Source: Klebsormidium nitens (Eukaryota; Plantae; Klebsormidiophyceae). Taken from it: a DNA stretch of 64,000 nucleotides. The stretch is from assembly GCA_000708835.1 (NCBI GenBank), contig DF237151.1, forward strand, positions 1-64,000, read 5' to 3'. Made by a program: the position numbers and the translations under genes. Shown in pieces: positions 24,587-38,300 of this stretch. A model generated the notes under the pieces. That model was given only the letters and a program-made list of their open reading frames with translations, was not told where the DNA came from and did not search any database. Within the stretch, counting starts at the first letter, position 1; every line of letters begins with the position of its first letter.

Positions 24587-25356
24587 GAACGTGTGCTTTC
24601 AAACTGCCTCGAGCTTGACAAGTTGCGGGTGCCGCAATGTTGCGTGCGGCTGGATCACGCAGTGACGCTGGATTGGATTCCCAAATACATGAGATGCAAA
24701 TTACGGTAGTTGCTCGCACCTCTTCTTTCGAAGTCAATCTCCTCCTGCCACTGGCTATGCCCATTCAACGTTCACCTTGAAGATCCGATTCCCAGCACTG
24801 GCACTGGCAGCAGAGCTCTCAGACTTGCTTCTGAAGTTTGAACTTTTGGCGCGAATGAAAACTCTGCTTCCGGTGCGAGAAGACGGGCGCCTGCTGCCAG
24901 GACCGGCAGCCGTTTCTCTAATTTTAATATGACTTTGCTCAAGCAAATATGCAGTCTTGATTGAGGGGAACCGTTCGATCTGCCGGTGCACATGCTGGTC
25001 ACACCGATGCTAAGCCTAAACAGTCGAAGACTAGAGGGCCGATATAGTCGAAGACTAGAGAAGCCGATCGATGTTGTGATGATCAACAACAGAGGGACCA
25101 GCCTCAGGCTCAGGCTTCGCTGAGAAACAGCCTGAGCAGATCTATTATTGCCATGATAATGAATGCCAAGCTCTTGCTCACCACATTCAAGGTAAGGGGT
25201 CTCCGCAAGCGGCTTCTGACGTTTCCCTGAGTGGATGTCATGGACCTCTTGATCACCTAGTTTGCACAGTATGGTCAATGCCAACCTGGGAAGTGCTAAT
25301 GTGCCAAAGCGTCTGCCTGACATTGTGAAAATAAGCAGGACGAAACGCTGTCTCAA

Positions 25357-28300
25357 ATGCTGGTCAGCAAAGTGGCCCGCCAAAGAGTCACTGGACTTTT
25401 CGCTGTGAGGGCCATGGCCGGCTCAAGTCCCCTGGGAAAGGAACGGCTGAAAGACTCTGCATTAGCAGGGAAAGCAGAGCCAAACGAAGCGTCATCACAG
25501 AGAAGACTGAGGATACAAGAGCGTATTGAGCGTAGGAAGCAGGAGCAAGATGCTGCCATGAACAGCCACATGTTTGCTCAGAGGGTGGACCCCCTGACTG
25601 GCGCTGTAGACTGGGTGGTGGTCGGGGAGCAGACTGGGGCGTCTGTTTGCACTGAACCTTCCCAGGATAGCTCAGATCAAAGCATAGAGTCTGTCGAGAC
25701 TACCAGTAGTGGTGAGCGAGGGGACTGGAACGAAGCTGTCGTCCAGTCTTCGTATCTTGACATGCTGAATGATGGGGCGAGAAATCGGGCGTATGCGGAG
25801 GCGATCGCAAAGGTGGTGCAGCCTGGGGACCTGGTGCTAGACATCGGGTGAGCTTTCGTGCTAATCATGATCAGCATTGCTTTCAATGAGAACTGATCAA
25901 AGCGGTGCTGGATTAATGTTTCCTGTTTTGCGGGTCTGTGAGCTAACGTTGTGTAGCTGCAATTTCTCTTTTTCCTGCTCCACTCTGATGATCTATCACA
26001 TCAAGCATCATGCTATTAAAAGCACTAGTCCCTGCGCGTTGGAAGCGAGTCCTGCGCATCACTCTCTGAGCTTTGGAGAAAGCCATCCCAATCGCAGGGT
26101 CTCACTCTTCCATCGTGAATCCCCGGGTCTGCCATCTCCTAGCTCTTGTGAATTAGTATGGTGACTGCAGGGACTGAACTGCAGGTAACCAATCGCAATC
26201 AAGACCTGTGTACAGCGTTTGCTTGGCACGTTCATTTATGCAGCTTTTTGGGCCCTCACTTGCATCTTGTCTATCAGATAAATAACCTTAACGAATGGGG
26301 CGGGAAGAAGGATGAATACAATGGAACTGGACCTGACATCACGAAGTTCGTCATCAGTCCTGAAAAAAGGGAAATCCCCTTTTTACAGGACTGGAACCGG
26401 ACTTCTGTCCATGCTGGCGGCGCAGGCTCTGAGGAAGAAAAGCACCCTGCTACCCAGCCCCCCTCTCCTTAACCCCGATCTTAACCCGGAACTTGTAGCA
26501 CACACCAAACCAGACAACCCAGCATGCCCGCAAGTCCTCACTTGCGAGTCCTTCCCTCCCATGGCACAATTAGCAGAGACAGTAATCCAAGCAAACGGTA
26601 TGAAGGATGACATCCGGGTATTCAACAAGCGCTCGGATGAGCTGACAGTTGGGGACGGGGGGGAGCTGCCAAGGCAGGCGGATGTGTTGGTAAGGTTCGT
26701 TGCGTTTATCCCTTCTCTTGGACCTTGTTTTCGGCTCTTCCTGGTGCTTTTTTAAATGACAATGTACCAACTGCACACTGTCCAGGCGCATGTGACCAGG
26801 TTTACCATCACAACCTTCCACGTAACAAGAAGCTTTCTGAATTCTTGAAAACCGTCACCAAACGAACCAGGTTGTGGGAAAGTCGCATGTCAGGGACGCA
26901 GATGCGACAAACCGACCAAGAGTTGTCACCAAACGTGTCTTCGACCTTTAAAAGCTGAAGGCACCCCCTTCTCAAACAAATAACGAACTTTGTTCCCCAT
27001 GCAAGAGTTTGTTATCTTCCTCGAACCATAAGAATTGAAGGGCGTTCTCAATGCCAAGTCGTAGTTCCTTGCTTGTGGCGTCACAAGTGTCAGAGATCCG
27101 AATTGTCAAGCTACTGGCAAGGGCCACCATTTCCTTCTGACGAAATTGTCACACATCCACTATGACGTCACAGGCGTCGATAATCCTGGACTCTAAGCTT
27201 CCGAAAGAGGCCTTCCGACCTCGCTCGCTCATCCTGCCGCAGCACATCTTTGACTCGACAGATGTAAAACTTCGAGACGAAAAAATTGTAAGCCATGTTC
27301 AATCTCACTTTCGATGACGTCACACAGCTTCCGCAACGACGTCTCAGGTGTCAGAAAGATGTGAACTCCGAGCTCCTAGGCGAGAGCCGGCCTCCTCCCG
27401 ACCCTCATTCGCTTGTCCAGCCGGCAGTAATTCTCCAAATAAGAGCTCAAAAACTTCGAAGACAGAAGTGAGCTGAGGTCTTTTACAATGACTTCTCACG
27501 TCTCTGCTGTGACGTCACAGGTGTCGGAGATCCTGGACTCCGAGGGCCTCCTCCCGACCCTCGTTCACTCCTCCAGCCGGCAGCCCATCTTCCAATCAGA
27601 CCCAAAACCCTCAAGACTAAGCCGCGTTCCAATGTCATTTTGATGACGTCACACAGCTTCCTCTCTGACGTCACAGGTGTCAGAGATCCTGGACTCCGAG
27701 CTCCTGGGCGAGGGCCTCCTCCCGACCCTCCGCGACGCCTGGGCGCGCCGCCTGCGCCCCAGCGCACGCACCGTCCCCCGACGCGCGCGCGTGTATGCGC
27801 AGCTCGTCGAGTGTGAATACCTCCGGACGTGTCACGATCTGTCGGGACGCGAAGCGGGGTTGCCGGACGGCGTCCGAATCGCGACAGGTCCGGAAGCGTG
27901 CCTGGGGAGAGGCCCGCCGGCGTGGGCGGTACACGTGGACGCTTTTGGCGACAGTCTGAAGCCGGTGAGTACTTCAGAAGTTTATCATTGGACGTACATC
28001 AGGAGGGAGAGCACTGACAACAGTGTTTTGATGTGGGAGAATGCAGTTTCAAGCTATCAACGGCTTGCCTTTGGCACTGCAAAGGAACCATTCGTCAAGT
28101 GGCAAGGAAATGCAAATACCAAGATTGGATTGTCAGCACAGATTATGCCGTGGTTTCTCCCTCAAAGGATGTTGCGTCTGTAAGTCTTCTTTTTATCGGG
28201 GCAGCATACGTTGGCCTGGTCGGTGCCTCTCAATACTCGTCCCAAAACTTGATCGTGGAGATTAACGTGGAGACTATAGTCAGACAAATGCTTAACCTTT

Positions 28301-31300
28301 GGTTTGAAAACAGGGTGATCTGACGAATCTATCAAGGGCTAGCCGACTTCTTTCCGCGATCTTTCTTCTATTTGCTTCGTCCGTTTCAGCTTGACGTATC
28401 CAAACAAGTGTACTTAGGTGCTTGCCTGCAATCTGACCGTTTCATTACGCGCCAGTGCAGCTCTCGGCTCCATTTCCCGTGTTCGACTTCGACTTTGCAG
28501 CTCCTCCTTCCGGCGACAGACACGTGGCTCTCAACGTGACGTCATGTGTAGACGGCACGGCCCAAGGTTTGATTACCTGGTACGTCTTCCGCTTCCTGCG
28601 CTACCTCTTTCTGGCCGTTCTGTTTCTATCAAGGGAAGGAGCGCTTAAAACTTTTCAATAATTGCTCATTCGCAGCTGTCTACAGGAAGCGGGAACATAC
28701 GAGTAAGATGCAACGAACGTTGATTCAAGTATTACAATCAAGTATTCCAACCAATCACTGAAAGTTCAGATGTCCCGTGTGTCTGCTTCAAAGACAAGGT
28801 CCGAGGCCAAAACCATGGCCGATTTTAACCACCAGACAGTGTCTCGCCTTTGATCACGCTTAAATCAGCAGAATCCTGCCTCGGAAACCTCCCGTTAGCT
28901 TTCATATCTCTTCTAGATCCCTTTCTTTTCATCACTCTTCTTGTCTTCTTTCTTTCTCAAATTCGCTGTATCTCCGCTGCAAAGCCGATGATCAACCCCT
29001 TCCTTTCACGCTCTGTCTCTTTCCAGGTGGTCCATCGACTTAGACGACGAGGGCTCCATCACTTACACCACCGCGCCCAAGTACGCGCTCTCAGACGCCG
29101 ACACGTGTCGCTACCGCGGCTGGCACCACCACTGGCGCCAGTGCGCCTGGCCGTTTCCCTCCGGAGGGTTTAGGGTGTCGGCCGGTGGCGCGGTCTCAGT
29201 AGAAGCGACTCACGACGACATCGGGGTATGGTACCGGGCGGGACCGAAGCAGGTTGTGACCCCAGTAGAAAAGAGCGGCGTTGCGGGAGTGACTGCGGAA
29301 GAACCAGGCCGGTCAGCTGTCGGCAGTGGATCGATGCCGTCAGCGGTGACGTCAGCAAACGAGCCGGCAAAACCCGGGCGTTGGAACGCGGGGTCTGGAA
29401 AGCCGCTTAGCTTGGACGGTGGGCCCCTCGAGTGTCAAGAGGTCCAAACGAACAGTGGGCTTGGAGAAACGGAGGACGGACGATCTGAAGCGTCCGCTGA
29501 AGCGTCCGGGCAAGCGGAAAGTGGACAGGTGGCGGGATCTAAGTTTAGCTGCAGGTGCGGGGCGCACGTGAAGCAAAGCCCGGAGCGGATCGGACAGCTG
29601 GGCGATTCGGTGTGGCGGAGAAAGCTCAGCTCAGCCGTTCGAGAAGCTCTGGCGTCTGCCGTGCGTGAAGGGCGAGGAGTGACGTCACAAGGGGGATGGG
29701 TGACGTCAGAAGACGGGCGGAGAGAGGCGGACGGCGGGTCGGATGTCACCTGTCAATCGGGGGGCGCTCCGAACGGTGAAGCAGTCGGATTGGAGGACGC
29801 AGGGTCGAACGCGGCCGCGGAAGACAGTAGTGGAAGAGACAGAATTGATGCTCAGGAACTGGACGATTCAACAAGAGCATGCACGCTTGCCCCCATCGTT
29901 TTGGTTGCAGACGACAGCCCCCTCCTTCCTTTGCTCGCGGCCAAGCACCTTAGCGAGATTTTCGAACCGGGAAGTAGCTCGCGAGAAGTCGAAACCTCTA
30001 GCCTTCCCCGAAACACAGATAGGAATCACAAAAGCAAGGCGTCTTCTGCCAACGCCTCAGAACACAAAGCGCCGAACGGTTGCGGTTCTAAGAGTCGGGA
30101 GTTTGCAGACCCCGGGACGGTTCCTAGGGAGACAAAAGCGGACGGACTCGCTGCTGGAGCACTGAACGGAACGAACGGACCGTCGGAAGGACGGAATGGC
30201 TCTGAAGCCCCAAAAGTGCATTTTTTGGCCCGGGAGGGACCAGCGGCGATACAAGGTTTCATGAAAATTAGAGGGGAGGCCACAGGGATCCCGCCTGCTT
30301 TTGTTCCAGATCGGTTAGTGGGAAGAGGGGGGAGCCTTTTAGCGGAAGACTTCAAAGGAAAAAAGGCGAGTAGAAAACGCGGTCCCGTCTTTTACGTTCA
30401 GTAATCGAGTATCAAATTGGGCCATTCAAGGTCTTTGATCGCGGGGGGACTGAGAGGGTGTCCCTCTTTCGACCTTTCTGTTGGGTGTTCCAGAGTTTGA
30501 CGACTTGGGGACGTCCAATAAAAGAACTACACAATGTAAAGCTGCTTTCGGATGACCGGCTCCGTTCTGAACGGCCTTCGCACCAGTAATTTTACGGGAA
30601 ACATAGCACTACTCTCACTTCTGAGTTTGTTGTGAGGTTTGCTTCGATACCAAAGCTGCGCGCTTGCCCCATACTTCCGCAAGAAAATTCGACGCAGACC
30701 TCTCTCAAGAACTAAGACAAGGTTTAGGGTTTTACTTCCTAGTGGAAGTTGCTTCCTTTCTGTTTTCCTTCCTCTTGAAGGAAGACGAAGCTTCAATCTC
30801 CATGCAATATCTACAGCTCTTTCCTGTTCCAAGCATGTGCAGATACAAACTGCAAAAGAAACAAGCAGTAAGCACTGATCTTCTCCAGTCATCGAAAGAC
30901 AACATGGATTCTTGGGATTCTTTGCAGATCGTGGCTCTTCTTGCGGAACCCTGGTACAGCACGTGCGAGTCGGGCCCACCCTGGGCGCACGCGCTTCGCT
31001 TCTGGTAAGCTGTCTGATCGCTCGAGCGCCAAGCTGGTGTCAATTTTTTTTTGATAATAGCAGTAAAAGGAACAGACGACCGTTCGTTCTTTTTCTTGAG
31101 ATCAGACTGCATGGAATCACCTTCGAATGCTTCCACGGGACTGCATCGAGGATGCTATTTGATTTATCGTACAAGTGACCTTATGAGACAGATTGATCAG
31201 AGAGTGATTTGTGCGCCATGCTAAGTTCCTTTTTCATGAGTGAAGTTCGCGCTTTCAGAACAGACGAGCAGAAGATAAAGTTGATGCACAGCATGCGCTC

Positions 31301-34300
31301 GTCTTATCAAGCTGGGTGCAAAGTTCTGAGTTGCACCACTTCGCAACGTCTGGCTTCTCATGTAGACGCCACTACCGTTCTACAGAATAACCTTGGGGTT
31401 ACCCATACAACTGATAAAGTAGCTCATGAAAGGTCATGTTGACTGATGTATGCGAAAGCGGAGAGTCCGTGTCGATCAAATTTGTGACACTTACCACCGC
31501 TTCGTCCTCTTGCTTATCACATAAAACCCACAAAACCCTTGGAAAACTTCAAATATAACCGAAGAGCAGTCTAGCTGGCACTTCTTCGCAGGAAGTATTC
31601 ACTCCCCAACCGGGGACCGCGTGCTAGCCACCTTGCATGCACTTTGAGGCCTCTGCTCTTTCTCCGCTTTCCGTTGATTCGTGCATCCTTTAAGATGACC
31701 ATGTTTGCACAGCTTTATCCTCAAATACAGGCAACTAGGCGGCTCAGTCTTACTTCCGCGGGTCCTTACAAGCGGCGTTTCCGACTGCTCCTAGACACTC
31801 AAAATGTCGGCAATGCGTCCCAAGCGTCCGGTTTTGTTTCGAACGTTCGCAGTTTGTGGCGAATGGAACAAGCGTAGAAGGCTTTTGCCTCAAGCCTGCT
31901 CAGCACTTTAAGCGTCTGAGCTTCTGAGGCTTTCACCGAACGTTTTGCGGCTGTCAACGGACGTCCGAACCTTCCCTGGGCCTGTTAAAAGTAAGGAGTC
32001 AAAGTAGGTGCCAAACCAGGATCATTTCAAGCCCTTCGAGCGAAGGAGGGGATCAGAAATCAGCACAAAAAAGTAAAAAGAACAGACTTTTGAGTCATGA
32101 AGTTGCCATTCTGACGTGCAGGCACCTGAGAACTATCTTAGATACGGCAATGGCCCCAACGGCGCCAATCGTGCCTTTCCGGGCCGTTTTACGGGGGGTT
32201 GCCATTTCCGCTCCGGTAAGAACTAGAAGACGGGCAACAAATAACAGCATTAGCAGAAGGCAAGGATCCAACCCGGTGCTTATACATTCCTCGTATAGTT
32301 TGGCTAAGGAGACTAGCAGGATGTAAGGTCGACCCTTTTGCGTGCTGAAAAGAAGTTGTGTGGTGCGCGCCAGCACGCGGATGCCAGCTACAAAGAGATT
32401 ATGGGAAGGGCGCCGCAACATTTGCAACAGCAACTAATCCCCACCTCTTCGGGGTCGAGCCACTCGATTTGACAGGCCTCCCCTCTTTACGCCGCCAAGC
32501 TCTTTGGCGCTACATGCGGCACCAGTCGACCTTCCGTTGTCCGCCCACGGTGGAGTCTGACGTCATCTGACAATCCGTGACGTCATCCCGCTTGCAGGAC
32601 CTGTGGGAGAGCCGGCGCGCCCTCTCCTCCGTCGAGGGCTTTGACCATTCCCCGGCCAACCGTCTGCTGGGCGCATGCGGACTGTCCGGAGCAATGGTTC
32701 CAAAGGATTCGGACGCTTCGGACGGTTTGCAGGATCTGGCAGCGGGCTGTCCGATTCTGCCGTTCCCGCTTTGGCAGTGTGGGGCTTCTTACCAGGTCAA
32801 GTTTCAACTCAACGCTGTCACTCTTCTGGAAAGAAGTCTCCGATCTTCAGTTTTGGAACCAGGCCTATAAAATCTGGACTCCCATTGTTCGATCAGAGAT
32901 GACACCCCGTCCAATTCCCCGCGAGCTGCGTTGGACGACCTTATACCAGATCGGGCGGGGCTTCTTGGGTTGACTTCTGGGTCTCTAGAATAGATGACAA
33001 AAGGAAGGAAGGTAATTCCAATCTTCCCCAAGTCATTGCATCGCAGCCGGTACCTACTGTTGGAAAGACGACGCTCGGCTCTAGAATCGACTGTAGTCTC
33101 AGAGTCGTTTGCCCCTCTGGTAAAAAGACTCTTTCTTTACCGACAAGCTTCCCAGCATGAAATTGAATTTCTTAACGGAACCCGCATGCGACCCGATTTA
33201 TCCTACTGCTGAGGTGGAGCTGCAATTCGCCAACGGCACGTGTCGCATGAATCTTGCAGCCTTCTGACATCCTAGAGTCAAGGCTTGCAATCAAGGGCTC
33301 ATCGTAGCATATCCTTTTTCTCCGCAGGAAGTCAGCGAGCCGTTCGATCTGCTGACGTTTGACTTTACTGAGAGGCTGACGTCACTCGAGGGGATCGCTG
33401 AGGTCAGTTCCGTTAGCTGACATGCAATTTCGAACTTCAGAGATGATACCATTTGGATTCAGATTCGCACAGTCAACCTACTAGAGCCAGTGCTGCTGCT
33501 TTGCCACTTCTCAATCCTACCACCAGACCCGGGGATTCACTGCATCTTGGTATGTTGATACCCCTGCATGTTGCACGCCAAAAGCATAGTCCATCAGTTT
33601 TAGTCTGTTTACGAACCTCGCTGCAAAGATCAAGATGTTTCCGGTGGCGCCTCTTTGAACAAACTGGGACTCTCAGTTTCAATTTGAAGGCGGCTTTATC
33701 AGAGGCTAGGTGAATTTGATCCCCGGACTTAGATTGAAGTACTGAAGATGAGCGCAATCCGTCGAGCATTGCAATCAAGGCGTCAAACATTCACGTCGCG
33801 TGTGGGTTGGCAGCTTTGTGACCTTTTTTTCGGACGATGCAAAATTCCAGCCGGGTTGAGCCAGACAGTTCTCTGTCAGAACCACATGCTCTTCTTTTCG
33901 GTCCGTAGCAACGATTGAAAAAGCAGTAATTGCGGTCGGCTGCAAGGATACTCGTTTCTCACAGCACGTCGTGATTGGCAAAATTCTTCTTTTGACGACA
34001 GGCGTCGTCAGGCGGGCCGGAAATGTGTCACGGGATCGCGCTTTGGATGGACTACTACTCAAGCGGCGACCAGTCTCCCGTACTCTCCACCAGATGGTCG
34101 CCTGGTAAGCCATCATTTGTAAACGCTCCTGTTCACTAATGATTCCTTAAAGCACGCGAGCCGTCCCGGCAACCCTGTTGGAGCCTTGAGTCGACAAAAG
34201 GTTCAAAAGCGGACCAGGCACTTTAGTTCGATGAGGGACGCTGTACGACTTGACGCCTTTAGTATGTGCTTAAAGCTCGCTGAGCCTCGAAGTGCCCCGG

Positions 34301-34667
34301 CGAAGCGGCCTCTGTCCTCACCTCAAAAGGCATCTCTCATTCTACTGTCTTGGCTCAGAATCGTCTTCCAAACTCGTGAACGTCTCCCTCGTAAGTCGTT
34401 GATTAGAGTGGGCAGTACTAAAGGTCACTGAAAAGAGCGTATTGTCAGTTAGTATCCAATAAACGATCCGGATTTCTTATTCTTGCAGGTGACGCGCCGT
34501 CTGTTCACAAACAGGGCGTTCAGCTTTTCCGGCTGCCGGTTCAATTAAGGACCAGTGGCGGGGTCGTGCTATCTGCAGAAAACGTCAGGAATTTGCGGAT
34601 TACCGCGTGCTTGGATGGCCGAGCTGGCAAAGTCAGATTTGCCGCCAGAGTCAAAGAGGACACTTGA
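25357..34667 (+). CDS. PRMT7: Protein arginine N-methyltransferase 7 (tandem PRMT fold), 11 exons
   Basis: Exons 25357-25847, 26389-26689, 27677-27964, 28461-28579, 29027-30365, 30928-31004, 32122-32215, 32598-32795, 33328-33402, 34002-34104, 34489-34667, phase-consistent. Motifs: RVDPLTG, SYLDMLND, VLDIG-G/TGTGLLS, VSEILDSELLGEG, HHWRQC, AEPWY...LRFW, DLWESRRAL, CHGIALWMD, KQGVQL. Confidence 0.93.
27070..27740 (+). repeat. Tandem decaying copies of the PRMT7 exon-3 acceptor plus exon start
   Basis: tgacgtcacag|gtgtc(a/g)gagatcctggactccgag-like units with junctions near 27087, 27173, 27347, 27520 and the functional 27676. The 27520 copy has a 12-nt deletion between two GAG triplets. Confidence 0.85.
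30366..30927 (+). other. Inferred non-canonical GC-AG intron in PRMT7
   Basis: AAG|GCGAGT donor at 30366 joined in phase 0 to tttgcag|ATC at 30928 gives FKGKK-IVALLAEPWY, matching the plant PRMT7 region as I recall it (KKVDLLIGEPYY). Read-through otherwise hits TAA at 30404. Confidence 0.6.
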
Positions 34668-35379
34668 AAAAGTACGGCACCAAAAACAGCTGTGCTTCGA
34701 CTGATTAGCAACGACCCTAGCATATACATGCATTGCAAGCCGGCCAGTGTGATGGTTTGCCACTGTAACTGGGTCGTAGATGTATGATTAGCCCGGATGG
34801 AATTTAAAGGAGCAATTCAGCCAGAGTGTCGATGAATATCATGGTACCGCAAGTTGCAACATGCATTAGCACGAACTTTGACAAGCTTCCCAGCCTCTGA
34901 GTCTTGAAGGGAGAGAAGGCTGTTGACAGAAGACACTTGTGCACATGATCTCTCGGCCTCATGTCTCACTTGAATACGCGTATTTTCAAGTATATTTAGG
35001 CCAGTTATTTCAATATACCGGTATATGTACGTAGATGTTCAAGCCCTGTTCATGATGCCTACTCATAATGCGCTCCTGTCTAGTTCGGAGCCGGATGGGG
35101 CGCCACGTGGACCGTACCCGACGCGGTCATGCAGTCGCGCGCTCGGGTGCGCGCGCGCAGGTAGCGAACTCGATAGCAATGGCGTCGACTTCAGCTAGAT
35201 CAGCAGATCATGTGTGCACTTGAGGTTTCAGCAGGCTAGCCAGGAATTTAAGGGGCGCATGCTCATTAGAAAGGGCTGGCATGCTGAGAAGAAGCTGCAA
35301 ACATTTTGGAAAAAGCATGCGGGGTCCGCCGCAGCTGAGGGGCGCTGCCAGATTCTGGGAAGCGTAGGTCGCTGCAATA

Positions 35380-38300
35380 ATGCGTCCACTTTCGTTTGGG
35401 GGCTACGACATGGATCCGCATGGGGTGGGGCTCCTTTTTCTTGGCGCAGTTGGGGGTGCTCTTCTTCTCCCATTGCTGCGCCTGCTCAAGTGGCTGGTGA
35501 CGTCATTCTGGGAGGAGTCGGTCCCGCTGATCGAGGTGGGGACCGAGAAAGGTGGGTGGGAAAGCGGTGCTCGCTCACATATGCAAGCATGTTTCTAGAA
35601 AGCATGGAGCAAGGGAAGGATGTCTTGCAGGAGCGTTGAGTCAGGATCAAGCTTAGCAATTTTTCAAGTGGGTGCACACATTCAGCATTTGGATTAACAC
35701 CAGAAGCAAGCGTACTGGACAGAAGCTCTCTTGCTGGTCGCCAGAGTGTCCGTTGTAATGTTGTCATCACGGCGATGCTCAAGCCTGAGACTCGCCCTAC
35801 CGCCACCGCCAACCAATTTGGCTGTTCCGCAGTGACAAGCAAGTGGGGGCTGTCGACCACGATCTTGAGATTTGTGGACTCTAAGCTCAAGTCCAGGACA
35901 TTTGCAGCAGAATCTAGATCTGGTGGCCTAGAGCAGGTCTTGTCTTGCTCTATCATGGCCTTTACTTTAAGCTGAAAGAAGATTGCCAACTATGCTCACA
36001 TGTCTGCTAGTTCATGCCCCAGTCTCCTGCATATATTGCTGGAACAGCGGTTGCTAACGCTGAAAAGCCACAGGCAAACGTCATTGGAGGCAGCCTGCTA
36101 TAAAGGAGCGGCAAATTCAAAAAACATTTGCAGCACCTTTTTGAATTGTTCTCTAGAAAGCTTGCATTTGGTCCATTCTCACGGAGTGATTTACCGGCAA
36201 ACTTTGATTCCATAAGCAGACACATTTTGTTTCCCAACTCTGACTCCCTACTTTCCTTGCAGTTGATCGGGTGGAAAAGTCAAAGCGTGTCGAGAACCAC
36301 TACATCTATGTGAGCAAGGCCAATCCCCACCTCTTTACTTGAAGCCTCTTCTGTAAAAGAGTATAAAGTCTGTCCACAAGACATTGACATTACGCATCAA
36401 AACAGATGCATTCCAGTTCATCCAGGATGGTAAAGTCTGCATTGTTGTCCTTTTCGGAACTTTCTCCGCCCTGTCCAGTTTGATCCACCTCGCTCTCTTC
36501 GCCTAACCGTCTGTGATGTTGAGGCTCAATTGCGTAACAGCTCTATGTTGATATCCCCCTGTAAGGCAAAAAAGAAGAAGATATTTCAGCCCCTCCTTTC
36601 TGACTCCCTGGGCTTCTGGCGGCATAAGCCAATAACTCTTTGACCTCTCAGGTGCCTCGGAAGAAAGACGAGCATCCGAATCGAGTCAATTGCTACGATC
36701 CGGCGACCATGGAGTACCTTGGATTTGTTCCAGCCCTGAACGCCGAGTCGGTGAGTCTGCCTAGGCTTCTACTGTCGTCTCCTGCTCTCTTCGCTGTTGT
36801 CGAACTGGAGTAAAGTAGCTATCAGCGCTGAATGCTGAGTTGTGGAGGCTTTTCAGTCTAATAATACCCTTCCTCTTAGCTCTCACCTGTCTAAGTATTC
36901 AATCCACCGCCTTCGACTGTCCTTCTTCCCTCTCTGATCTCCGGGTTTCTTGGCAGCGATACCATCTCCAGGTCAGGAAGATAGTGTAACGAGCATGGAC
37001 GTTCTGCACAATTGGTCTGGATGACACCCTGGTCATCACAAATCCTTGAAACCAAAGCGCTAGTTACTTCACTTCCCAACCGGCTTTCTTCTAAGCCCCC
37101 CGAACAAGTTTTTGAGTGTATCGCAACATGATGGCCCCTTTCTCCGATTCGAGCAGGTGCGTGCACATGTGGAGAAAGCGAGGGCCGCGCAGAAAGAGTG
37201 GTGCAAAAGCAGCTTTGCCGTCCGGCGACGGCTGCTCCGAGTCCTTCTCAGATATATTGTGGAGAATCAGGAGATCATCTGTCGGTAAGCGAAGTACACC
37301 CTAGCTGGCCGAACGATAACAGGCCTTCATGAATGCACTGTGTTTGAGTCGCTTTCGCATCTGTGCAACGCACGAGGGTTCGGAAGCCAGGTTTAGATTG
37401 CCTTGTGAAGTCCCAGAAACTGGTCCTGCAAAAACATTCGGAAGCAACCACCTTATTCCACATCCCGCACTTGATAGGTCTACCTCTTTTCTCAGAACCG
37501 GCACGAAACACCGTAGCTCCACTCACGGCCTTAACCACCCAGCCTTGCACTACCAACCTCGATTCTCTTGCACAGTCTTTGCTCGTGTTGTCCACGTGCT
37601 CTTGGCGAGGTCCTCGCAATGTAGACAAGGTTGAACGGTTGCTGTCCCAAGACGATCGGTCGCTGCTTTGGACCTGCCGATTGTTGACTTCCGCGAGATT
37701 AGATTGATAGCTTTTCAATCCCCTGACCTCCCTGCCTGATCTGCGCGCATTTTGGTGAGGTATTGGTTGATGCGGCGCTCAGTGAACCCTTACCATGTGC
37801 GAAGAGAGAGCGAGGATGCTGTCGAAAGTGGAATGACACTTGGGGCTGACTCGGTTAGTTGGCACCTGTCGAACGCTAGTTATCCGTGACTCTCACGAGT
37901 CCGCCTTCTTAGCAGAACTTCCACGCGCGATTTCGGCAAGCTAATGGTCGACGTCGACGCGGCGCTCGGCGAAATCCTTACCACGTGCAAAAAGTTTGCG
38001 TGGCTGCTGGCGGACGGCAAGCTTTGTTTCTGTCGTCCTCAGAATCTAAAGAAACCCAAGTATCATTCTATGTCTTTTGCAGCATCTCTGCGCGCGACTC
38101 TGGGAAGGTAATGGTCGACGCGGGGCTCGGGGAAGTCCTCACCACGTGCGAGAAGATTGCGTGGCTGCTCTCGGAAGGCGAGCGGTGGTTGCGGCCCGAG
38201 CGGCGGTCCGTCGGACGCACGATGCTGCACAAGGTCGCGCGCGTGGAGTACGAGCCGCTCGGCGTTCTGGGTGCAATCGTGCCATGGAACTACCCGTTCC

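Noticed and set aside
24772-25383. 203-aa minus-strand ORF
   Set aside because: No recognisable domain; it overlaps the PRMT7 start and the EDL 5' leader. At most a uORF.
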